Under the pieces are notes generated by a model. The model worked only from the letters and a program-made list of their open reading frames with translations. It was not told where the DNA came from and ran no database searches. Below are positions 53,221 to 64,000 of a DNA stretch of 64,000 bases, in pieces. The stretch is from Octopus sinensis (lineage: Eukaryota): contig NC_043019.1 of NCBI RefSeq assembly GCF_006345805.1, positions 11,221,360 through 11,285,359 on the forward strand, read 5' to 3'. Position 1 is the stretch's first letter; every line of letters begins with the position of its first letter. A program made the translations under genes and the position numbers.

Positions 53221-54379
53221 TGTGTGTGTTTGTGTGTCTGTGTTTGTCCCCCTAGCATTGCTTGACAACCGATGCTGGTGTGTTTACGTCCCCGTTACTT
53301 AGCGGTTCGGCAAAAGAGACCGATAGAATAAGTGCTGGGGCTTACAAAAGAATAAGTCCCGGGGTCGAGTTGCTCGATTAAAGGCGGTGCTCCAGCATGG
53401 CTGCAGTCAAATGACTGAAACATGTAAAAGAGTAAAAGAGTATCTATAAATAATTAAAAAAAATAGCATCAACTCTAATTTTATTATCATGTGCCAATAT
53501 TAGAAACCATTATTTTCTTATCATTGACAGAAATGGTAAAGCAGCAGATACCAAAATGCCAGTCCAATACATGAATCAATTTAAGCAATTATAGCTGTTC
53601 TCCAAATATGGTCTGGCACTGCGCCTAAATTAGACATCATTGTTATTCTCCTTGTCATTTTGCATTAGCTTTTCCTCATCAACACAAATAAGACAGATAT
53701 GGTTTTTTTTTTTTTTTGCTCAGCTTCTCCCCAACTCCTGTCGACCCCAGTACTCAACTGGTACTCAACTGGCAGAAACGTTAGCATGCCGGACGAAATG
53801 CGTAGCCGTTTTTCATCTACCGTTACGTCCTGAGTTCAAATTCCGCCAAGGTCGACTTTGCCTTTCATCCTTTCGGGGTCGATGAATTAAGTACCAGTTA
53901 CGCACTGGGGTTGATGTAATCGACTTAATCCGTTTGTCTGTCCTTGTTTATCCTCTCTGTGTTTAGCCCCTTGTGGGTAGTTAAGAAATAGGTACTTATT
54001 TTATCAACCCTGAAAGAATGTTGGTTCCTAAATTTTTGCAGGCTGCCATCCCCTTGGCCCCCAGGTCATATTTCTAACACCTCCACCCCAACTCACCACC
54101 AGGAAAATAGACCTCTTTTTACAGCAAGTTTAAAACAATGCTCTTTTTACTCTTTTTACTTGTTTCAGTCATTTGACTGCGGCCATGCTGGAGCACCGCC
54201 TTTAGTCAAACAAATCGACCCCGGGACTTATTCTTTGTAAGCCCAGTACTTATTCTATCGTTCTCTTTTGCCGAACTGCTAAATGACGGTGACGTAAACA
54301 CACCAGCATCGGTTGTCAAGCAATGCTAGGGGGACAAACACAGACACACATACATAGACACACACACACACACACACAC

Positions 54380-54413
<34 letters not shown>

Positions 54414-56229
54414 GACGGGCTTCTTTCAGTTTCCATCTACCAAATCCACTCACAAGGCTTTGGTCAGCCCAAGGCTATAGTAGAAGACACTTGCCCAAGA
54501 TGCCACGCAGTGGGACTGAACCCGGAACCAACCATGTGTTTGGTAAGCAAGCTTCTTACCACACAGCCACTCCTGCGCCTATTTCACTTAACCTAATCAA
54601 CCCATTATTTTGGGTTGTTTTTACATCCATCACCCCCTTTGGCCACCCTGTTATTGCCCCACTTTTCTTCAATCCATCCCCACCCCAGCCTGATCTTCCC
54701 ACCACCTCCAAGGAGGGGCAGTACTGCCCACTTTGGGAACCACTCAGAGGTTTATTATGTTGCTGTGTATGTCAGGTTTCCCCTCATAGTTATTAATGGT
54801 TAATTTTTAACCCTGGGTCTCCTTCCTATTGCCAACTACTTCACAGCATGGATTGAGTGCATATGCATATTTTCCATCATCCCACCACCGCAAGAGATGT
54901 CACCTGTATTTCATTAGACCACCCAACCCCAAAGAAGTTTTCTGCCAAGACTAAAAATTCCTCTTTCTTCTGTATCACATCTTACAGCGTTTCGCTTCCT
55001 CTAAGCAGGTTGCCTTTGCTGCATCTTTCGGAGTCTACATTTCCTTTATGTTGTGAGAGCAGAACTCCTTCCACATCATCATCATCATCATCGTTTAACG
55101 TCCGTTTTCTGCGCTAGCACGGGTTGGACGGTTCGACCGGGGTCTGGGAAGCCAGGAGGTTGCACAAGGCTCCAGTCTGATCTGGCAGTGTTTCTACAGC
55201 TGGATATCCTTCCTAACGCCAACCACTCCGTGAGTGTAGTGGGTGCTTTTTACGTGCCACCGGCACAGGAGCCAGGGGAGTCTGGCAGCGGAAGCCAGTC
55301 AAGGCGGCGCTGGCATCGGCTACGTTCGGATGGTGCTTTTTATGTGCCACCGGCATGGGTATCACAATTATACATTAGCATGCTGGGCAAAATGCCTAGT
55401 GGAATTTCATCCATTTTTATGTTCTGAGTTCCAATTCTGCTGGGGTAAACTTTGCTTTTCATTCTTGATTAAATAAATACCAGTGATTAAATTGAGTACC
55501 AGTGAAACACTGGGGTCAATGTAATCAACTAGTCCCCTCCCCCAATATTTCAGGCTTTGTGCCTTTAGTATCAAGGATTATTATTATTATTATTACCATC
55601 TGAACGTGGCCGATGCCAGTGCCTCCTTGACTGTGGGTGAATTGTGCAAGAATGGCCAGTATAAATGGACCAATTTTCAGGTTTCGCCTGTAATTGAAAA
55701 AGGTGTTATAAAAGGAGAAAGGGGCTCTCTACCCACCTTTTTTGACCAGGCTCCCGTTGGCTTTTATGGGTTTTTCCACCAGGAACCTTTCATATTCCCC
55801 CTATTGGGAGTTTTTCGTTGTTATATTATTTGATTGTTACACTGTTTTTACACAATTTTTTCACAAACGGACAAAACCCTTTGTAACCTTTCGTCCTGTT
55901 TTGTCCCTTTATGTTTTCTAATCATGTGTGGCCAATAAAAAGAATTAATTATTATTATTATTATAAGGCAATGAGCTTACAGAATTGTTAGCGCAACAGA
56001 CAAAATATTTAGCAGCATTTCCTTCATCTTTATGTTCTGGTTTTAAATTCCACCGAGGTCAACTTTGCCTTTCATATATCAGGAGTTGATAAAATTAAGT
56101 ACCAGTTAAACACTGGGAGGTCAATGTAACTGACTAAACCCCTCTCTAAAATTTCCAAACTTTGTGCCTACAAGGGATAAAATTATTACCACTTTGTCCA
56201 CCAAACTCTTTCTCTCTTTCTCTTTCTAG

Positions 56230-56330
56230 TTACATCTTTGACCTGTTCATGAAAGTAAACATCAACAAGGAGAACAAGTTCATTTACCTCACCCTTTTGG
56301 AGAAGATTGTCAGTTATTTAACAGCTGACT
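56230..56330 (+). CDS. RTEL1: RTEL1 exon (101 nt): (S)YIFDLFMKVNINKENKFIYLTLLEKIVSYLTAD
   Basis: ttctag| acceptor, T|gtgagt donor; SYIF(D/E)LF motif. Confidence 0.9.
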
Positions 56331-56619
56331 GTGAGTACTGCTTTTTGCCTTCAGTGGGTTCTATGATTTTTACTCCAATTTAGCTAAAATAGTTCCTGCT
56401 TTTGAGTCTACTGTTACCTCGTTTTGGTTAAACTGTTGACACTTTGAGCACAGTTTGAGTATACTTTTGACCGGCTCAAATTTCACCACCACCACCACCA
56501 CATTCAAATCCCCACCTATTGCACTTAAATTTTCTCTATACCCTTGAATTTCCAAATTGCACTCAGCTCTCCATCCCCTCTCCCAAAATCCTCAACCCTC
56601 CCCCATGCCTGCATATTCA

Positions 56620-57090
56620 CACAACACCCTCAAATCCACCCAACTCCCCCCGACCCCCCCCAACTCCCCCCGACCCCCTCAAATCCACCCGACCCCCTCA
56701 AATCCACCTGACTCTCTCAAATCCACCTGACTCTCTCAAATCCACTCGACTCCCTCAAATCCACCCGACTCCCTCAAATCCACCCGACTCCCACTTTTCC
56801 TCCCGACTCCCCCAAATCCACCTGACTTCCTCAAATCCACCCGACTCCCTCAAATTCACCCGACTCGCTCAAATCCCTCCTAACACTTTCAAATCCCCTC
56901 CAACACCCTCAATTTAACCTCAACACCTTCAATTCACCCTCAGCATACACAAATCCAACCAACATCCACAAATCTACCCAACACCCTTAAACTCACCAAA
57001 CACCCTCAAATCTCCCTCAACACTTTCAAATCCCTCCAAACACATTCAAATTTCCCCCAATGCCCTCAAATACACCCAATACCCTTAAAT
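56620..57090 (+). repeat. C-rich ~20-bp minisatellite
   Basis: unit close to ccctcaaatccacccgact. Confidence 0.85.
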
Positions 57091-57150
57091 TCATCCTCCT
57101 CTCCTCCGTCATGCCCACCACCATAACATCAATCTCTTTTACCGTTCCAG

Positions 57151-57212
57151 CTTCTGCCGGTATCTTCAATACAAAAGGTTCTGGAGTTTCCAAGTTTTCT
57201 GACTGTCTTCAG
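57151..57212 (+). CDS. RTEL1: RTEL1 exon (62 nt): (S)SAGIFNTKGSGVSKFSDCLQ
   Basis: ttccag| acceptor, CAG|gtgagt donor; resembles AGVFTNTAGLQKLADIIQ. Confidence 0.88.
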
Positions 57213-57384
57213 GTGAGTGTGGAAACAGACTGGTTTCCTCTCAGTGTTATTTATTTCATTTTGCAATTAATGTAACACATTCACACACACACAATTATTT
57301 GCAATGTTATCAACCTCCATATCTAAATCACTAGAATTTTCCCATTTTATACTAGTTCCACTCTAATGCACATTCTCATGCTCT

Positions 57385-59440
57385 TTATACTCACTCCCAC
57401 ATTCTCTTACACTCACCCCCACATTGTCTTACACTCACCTTCACATTTCCCTTATACTCACCCTCACATTCTCTTACACTCACCTTCACATTCTCTTACA
57501 CTCACCCCCACATTCTCTTACACTCACCCCCACATTCTCTTACACTCACCCCCACATTCTCTTACACTCACCCCCCACATTCTCTTATACTCACCCCACA
57601 TTCTCTTATACTCACCCCACATTCTCTTACACTCACCCCCACATTCTCTTACACTCACCCCCACATTATCTTACACTCACCTTCACATTTCCCTTATACT
57701 CACTCTCACATTTCCCTTATACTCACTCTCACATTTCCCTTATACTCACTCTCACATTCTCTTACACTCACCCCCACATTCTCTTACACTCACCCCCACA
57801 TTCTCTTACACTCACCCCCACATTCTCTTACACTCACCCCCACATTCTCTTATACTCACCCCACATTCTCTTACCTCACCCCCCATTCTCTTACACTCAC
57901 CCCACCCCCAACATTCTCTTACACTCACCCCCACCATTCTCTTACACTCACCCCCACATTCTCTTACACTCACCCCACATTCTCTTACATCACCCCCACA
58001 TTCTCTTACACTCACCCCCACATTCTCTTACACTCACCCCCACATTATCTTACACTCACCTTCACATTTCCCTTATACTCACCCTCACATTCTCTTACAC
58101 TCACCTTCACATTCTCTTACACTCACCTTCACATTTCCCTTATACACACCTTCACATTTCCCTTACACTCACTCTCACATTTCCCTTATACTCACTCTCA
58201 CATTCTCTTACACTCACCCCCACATTCTCTTACACTCACCCCACATTCTCTTACACTCACCCCCACATTATCTTACACTCACCTTCACATTTCCCTTATA
58301 CTCACCCTCACATTCTCTTACACTCACCTTCACATTTCCCTTATACTCACCCTCACATTCTCTTATACTCACCCTCACATTCTCTTACACTCACCTTTAC
58401 ATTTCCCTTATACTCACTCTCACATTCTCTTACACTCACCCCCACATTCTCTTACACTCACCTTCACATTTCCCTTATACTCACCCTCACATTCTCTTAC
58501 ACTCACCTTCACATTTCCCTTATACTCACCCTCACATTCTCTTATACTCACCCTCACATTCTCTTACACTCACCTTTACATTTCCCTTATACTCACTCTC
58601 ACATTCTCTTATACTCACCCTCACATTCTCTTACACTCACCTTTACATTTCCCTTATACTCACTCTCACATTCTCTTACACTCACCCCCACATTCCCTTA
58701 CACTCACCTTCACATTTCCCTTATACTCACCCTCACATTCTCTTACACTCACCTTCACATTTCCCTTATACTCACTCTCACATTCTCTTACGCTCACCCC
58801 CACATTTTCTTACACTCACCTTCACATTTCCCTCATACTCACCCTCACATTCTCTTACACTCACCTTCACATTTCCCTTATACTCACTCTCACATTCTCT
58901 TACGCTCACCCCCACATTTTCTTACACTCACCTTCACATTTCCCTCATACTCACCCTCACATTCTCTTACACTCACCTTCACATTTCCCTTATACTCACT
59001 CTCACATTCTCTTACGCTCACCCCCACATTTTCTTACACTCACCTTCACATTTCCCTCATACTCACCCTCACATTCTCTTACACTCACCTTCACATTTCC
59101 CTTATACTCACTCTCACATTCTCTTACGCTCACCCCCACATTTTCTTACACTCACCTTCACATTTCCCTTACACTCACCACCACATTGTCTTACACTCAC
59201 CTTCACATTTCCCTTATACTCACCCTCACATTCTCTTACACTCACCTTCACATTTCCCTTACACTCACCCCCACATTCTCTTACACTCACCCCACATTCT
59301 CTTGCACTCACCTTCACATTTCCCTCATACTCACCCCCACATTCTCTTACACTCACCCTCACATTCTCTTACACTCACCCCCACATTCTCTTACACTCAC
59401 CTTCACATTTCCCTTATACTCACTCTCACATTCTCTTGCA
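57385..59440 (+). repeat. ~21-bp C-rich minisatellite, about 2 kb
   Basis: unit cacattctcttacactcaccc and variants (ttcacatttcccttatactcac). Confidence 0.95.
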
Positions 59441-59678
59441 TTTTGCCTGGTGTGCTAACAATTCTGCCAGCTCGCCACTCTAATAATAATAATAATAATA
59501 ATAATCCCTTCTGCTATAGGCACAAGGTCTGAAAATTTGTGGGAATGGCCTAATCGATTACATAAACTCGAAGAGGATGAAAGCCTTCCTCTGTGGAATT
59601 GGAATACTGCTTATTATTGCACCAGCTCACCACCTGAATGATGATGATGCTGTATCCATATTTGCCTTTTTCTTTCAG

Positions 59679-59741
59679 ATTGTATTCAAGGAATCCGACC
59701 CCAATGACCAAAGCAATTCCCGTATTTCTGATAATTATATG
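59679..59741 (+). CDS. RTEL1: RTEL1 exon (63 nt): IVFKESDPNDQSNSRISDNYM
   Basis: tttcag| acceptor, ATG|gtaagt donor; QIVF junction as in RTEL1. Confidence 0.87.
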
Positions 59742-61456
59742 GTAAGTGTTGAAGCACATACCTTTCTTCTTGTCCCCTTTTCTCTCTCTCCTTTTCTCCA
59801 CATCCCTTTTCCCTTCTCCCTTTATTTTGTTTTGTTTCCTCATTCCACTAACTTCATCATCACCATCTGTCCATTTTCCATGCTGGCATGGGTTGACCTG
59901 TTTGACAGGAGCTGTCCAGCTGAAGAGCTGCTTGGGCCTTATGTCTGTTTTGGCATGGTTTCTACAGCTGGGTGCCCTCCCCAACTCCAACCACTTTACA
60001 GAGTGTACTGGGTGCAGTTATGTGACATCATCATCATCGTTTAACGTCCGTTTTCCATGCTAGCATGGGTTGGACGGTTCAACTGGGGACTGTGAAGCCG
60101 GAAGGCTGCATCAGGCCCAGTCTGATCTGGCAGTGTTTCTACGGCTGGATGCCCTTCCTAACGCCAACCACTCCATGAGTGTAGTGGGTGCTTTTTACGT
60201 GCCAGGGGAGGCTGGCAGCAACCACGATTGGTTGGTGCTTTTTATGTGCCACCAGCTCGGAAGCCAGTCAAGGTGGCGCTGGTATCTGCCACGTTCGGTT
60301 GGTACTTTTTACATGCCAGCAGCACAGGTATCACAACTACAATTTCCATTTGATTTTTATTTCTGGTACTTTTTATTTGGTACCAGTGCCCACAAGCCTG
60401 CAAAATTAGGATCACTTAGCTGAAGAGGGATGCCTGTATGCAAGGTCAACCGTGGTTTTACTTAGCTTGATGTATCTTCTAAAGCACAGCAACAGCCAGG
60501 TTTCACAGTCCTTCGTTATCCCCTCTGTGAGGCCCATCATCTGAAGATCCTTTCTCATAAATTTCATCCCACATCTTCCTGGACCCTTCCTGTAACTTAA
60601 AGGTGTACCCTGACTCCTCTTCGTCATACTTTAACCACTCTTCACAGTGCAGAAAGCCACCTCCCTCAGTTCTACTCCCCCTCAGTTCAGGGGTCTTGTC
60701 TCGTCTTGTGAGTTACTTGGTGACTTTACTAGTGCAGGTGCCACATAAAACACACCCAGTACATCCCTTAATGTGATAGGTGTTTAAGAAGGGCATCCAG
60801 CTGTAGAAACCATGCCAAAGTTGACTTTGGAGCTTGGCACAGTCCTCTGGCTCACCAGTTCCTGTCAAGCCAGCCAACCCATGCCAGCATGGAAAAAGAT
60901 GTTAAACAGTGAGGTGCCAAGCTGGCAGAAACAATAAGGCGGTGAGCTGGCAGAAACGTTAGTACGCTGGGTGAAATGCTTAGCGGTATTTCGTCTGCCG
61001 TTATGTTCTGAGTTCAAATTCCGCTGAGGTCGACTTTACCTTTCATCCTTTCGGGGTTGATAAATTAAGTACCAGTTACGCACTGGGGATCGATGTAATC
61101 GACTTAATCTCTTTGTCTATCCTTGGTTGTCCTCTCTATGTTTAGCTCCTTGTGGGCAATAAAAAAATAAGATGTTAAACAGTAATAGTGATGATGATGA
61201 TGAAAGAAAATGGACATTACCTTCTTAGCCATTATTAAACCCTTATGAGAAAACTTGCCATTCCTCAATAAGTTCCCTTTCCCTTACACACTACTACAAG
61301 TACCAAAAACCTGGCCGTCTTCAAACACTAAAGTCCCTACCATCCTCCCCTCCCCTTAAATTTAACTTGCAGACAAAACAGAAATGTTGAGTTGAAATGT
61401 TTTTCAGGATATCAAAGCTGTGTATTTTGTTAACTTTTTAAATTGCCTGGTTACAG

Positions 61457-61535
61457 GTTCACATTGCAGAGGTGACGGTTAAACCGAAACAAAAATCAAT
61501 GGACTCTTGGATAAAATCTTCAGAAGCACCACAAA
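61457..61535 (+). CDS. RTEL1: RTEL1 exon (79 nt): VHIAEVTVKPKQKSMDSWIKSSEAPQ
   Basis: ttacag| acceptor, A|gtaagt donor; Y-x-VHI...D-x-W pattern. Confidence 0.88.
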
Positions 61536-63422
61536 GTAAGTACTTAAATCTATTCACTTCAGTTCTGGGATTGCTAATTAGCCTTTAGGAAATGCATGAA
61601 CATCTCATAATCATTGCACAACACCACTAGGTTCCTCTTGGGCCTCTGTTGCCAATTATTATTATCATTTAAGGCGACAAACTAGCACAAATGTTAGCAT
61701 ACAGGGCAAAATGCTTACTCTCTTTTTCTCTTTCTTTTTTACTTGTTTCAGTCATTTTGATTGCGGCCATGCTGGAGCACCGCCTTTAGTCGAGCAGATC
61801 GACCCCGGGACTTATTCTTTGTAAGCCTAGTACTTATTCTATCGGTCTCTTTTGCCGAACCGCTAAGTAACGGGGACATGAACACACCAGCATCGGTTGT
61901 CAAGCAATGCTAGGGGAACAAACACAGACACACAAACACACACATACATATATATATATACACATATATACGACAGGCTTCTTTCAGTTTCTGTCTACCA
62001 AATCCACTCACAAGGCTTTAGTCGGCCCGAGGCTATAGCAGAAGACACTTGCCCAAGATGCCACGCAGTGGGACTGAACCCGGAACCATGTGGTTGGTTA
62101 GCAAGCTACTTACCACACAGCCACTCCTGCGCCTTTGGAATTTCATTTGTTTTTACGCCTTTAAGTTCAAATCCTGCTGTGGCTAACTTTGCCTTTCATC
62201 CCTTCAGGGTTGATAAAATGAGTACCAGTTAAATACTAGGATTCATGATTAGAAGACACTTTCGACCAGTCAGAATTCTGTTTGCATAATCAGTTTGATC
62301 GGTCACCGTCCTCTGTCGGTTGAGTAAAGTGTCATCCAAGCTGATATTTATTGGTAATTAAAATTATTTTGCAACACTTGTGCATATTTATCAGCTTTGT
62401 TTTTGTTGATAAGAATTATCAACAACTTTTCCTGTGATCGTGATTTGAGAAGCCATGCAGAAGTATTCTAAAGATCAGACATAATCTCTTGTGGGCAAGA
62501 AGTGTAAAATAAAGTTTATTATAAACACCACAAATGCTTCGTAATTTGATAGCTTTCGGTGTGATACTTGTTAAACAGAAGTTATGCTACATACAACTAA
62601 ATTGAAAACCTTTTCTCCCTGACCATATCAGCAATTCTGAAAACTTTTGGGTGTGAATTTTACACAAGTAGAATCTTTTTTTTAAATAATTTTTATCTTG
62701 AAAATCACCTGTGTAAATTACACAGGTGTGCAAATTACATGGGTTTTTATGCTATTCCTTCTCTCAACATTTCAGGCCTTGTGCCTATAGTAGAAAATTA
62801 TTCATCATCATTTAGCGTCCGCTTTCCATGCTAGCATGGGTTGGACGGTTCAACTGGGGTCTGGGAAGCCAGAAGGCTGCACCAGGCCCAGTCTGATCTG
62901 GCAATGTTTCTATGGCTGGATGCCCTTCCTAACGCCAACCACTCCGTGAGTGTAGTGGGTGCTTTTTACGTGCCACTGGCACAGGTGCCAGACGAGGCTG
63001 GTAGACGGCCACGATCAGATGGTGCTTTTTACGTGCCACCGGCATGGGGGCCAGGTGAGGCTGGAAATGGCCACGATCATATGGTGCTCTTTACGTGCCA
63101 TTACTGCTGCTGCTGCTACTACTACTACTACTGTTAAGGTGGTGAGCTGGAAGAGTTGTTTGCACACTATACAAAATGCTTACTGACATTTCGACTGTTC
63201 TTAGCTAAAATTCTACCAAGGTTGACTTTGCCGTTCATCCTTCGGAGGTTGCTGAAATAAATACCAGTCAAGTGTCGGGACTGATGTAACTACCCCCCCC
63301 CCCTCAAGTTTCAAGCCTTGTGCCTGGTGGCGGCGATGGTGGTGGTATGTATTTTCTGCTCTTACTTTCTCCTCTTCGTATCCGTTGCTTCTAAACACAC
63401 ACATTCTCATCGACTTGTGTAG

Positions 63423-63555
63423 GACGAGAACTCAGCTACTGGTGTTTCTGTCCGGGTTTCACAATGAAGGAACTCGTGTCTCACGGTATCAAGTGCTTGA
63501 TCCTGACAAGTGGCACGCTGTCACCGATCAGTTCTTTCTCCAGTGAACTGAAGAT
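63423..63555 (+). CDS. RTEL1: RTEL1 exon (133 nt): (R)[43 protein letters not shown], motif III
   Basis: tgtag| acceptor, AT|gtaagt donor; LSYWCF-x-PG and LILTSGTL-x-P favour RTEL1 over BRIP1, DDX11 or XPD. Confidence 0.96.
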
Positions 63556-64000
63556 GTAAGTATTTTGTATCTCTTTCATTGCTCTTGCTTCCATTGTGTG
63601 CACACACGTAAAAGGGGAGGAGGAGGGGGTAGGTTTGATTGATTTTTGTCACTGTGAAGGAGAGTGCTTATTGTTTCTTGTGTTAGCCTCACGTAAGCAA
63701 ACCCCTAAACTTCACAGGTATACCTGTACCTATTGCACCTGTATGTATGTATATATATATATCTACCCCTACACTCTCAATGATACTATAAAAAGAGACG
63801 AAATTCCTGAAAAAATTCAATCTGACGACTTCACTGGAGTGGATGCTAGCGCTAATATATGATTTATAAAAACATGTGACATATTAATAAATATTTGTAA
63901 ATATAAAACCATCCAGATTTCTGAGTACCTTATTTCTTTTAATATATAATACCTGTACATCATCTCCAAACCTTCTAATATATATATACACACACACACA

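Noticed and set aside
57366-59532. 705-aa and 702-aa ORFs
   Set aside because: Translations of a stop-free minisatellite inside an RTEL1 intron
35696-63555. Assignment to BRIP1/FANCJ, DDX11 or XPD
   Set aside because: GSRDQLCIH, IFMPYNY, EKICEDSASF, TKPGSYIF and LSYWCF-x-PG fit RTEL1 better
63815-63870. CTGACGA hammerhead core
   Set aside because: No proper stem II followed by GAAA

Overview
AT-rich, repeat-saturated animal genomic DNA; the SINE, MITE and microsatellite content suggests an octopus (coleoid cephalopod), which is an inference. The only host gene I can support is a + strand stretch of RTEL1 (XPD-family Fe-S helicase). I traced 13 internal exons by hand (8531-63555, 1089 nt, one open frame, all GT-AG). 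They encode the four Fe-S cysteines, motif II (DEAH) and motif III (LTSGTL); both ends of the gene lie outside the window. The introns hold tRNA-derived SINE families, RTE- and CR1-type LINE fragments, piggyBac, mariner and hAT MITEs, a non-autonomous Helitron and long micro/minisatellites. Almost all ORFs in the supplied track are repeat artefacts. Most notable: (1) a 283-bp palindrome at 8855-9137 carrying a minimal type I hammerhead-like fold with a G3:C8-swapped core on each strand; (2) two different tRNAs (Phe, Thr), each with a trailer and fused to the 3' stem-loop tail that also ends a CR1-like LINE and the main SINE; (3) several fold-back hairpins close to RTEL1 exons. All analysis was by eye, and repeat boundaries are approximate unless a target-site duplication (TSD) is given.
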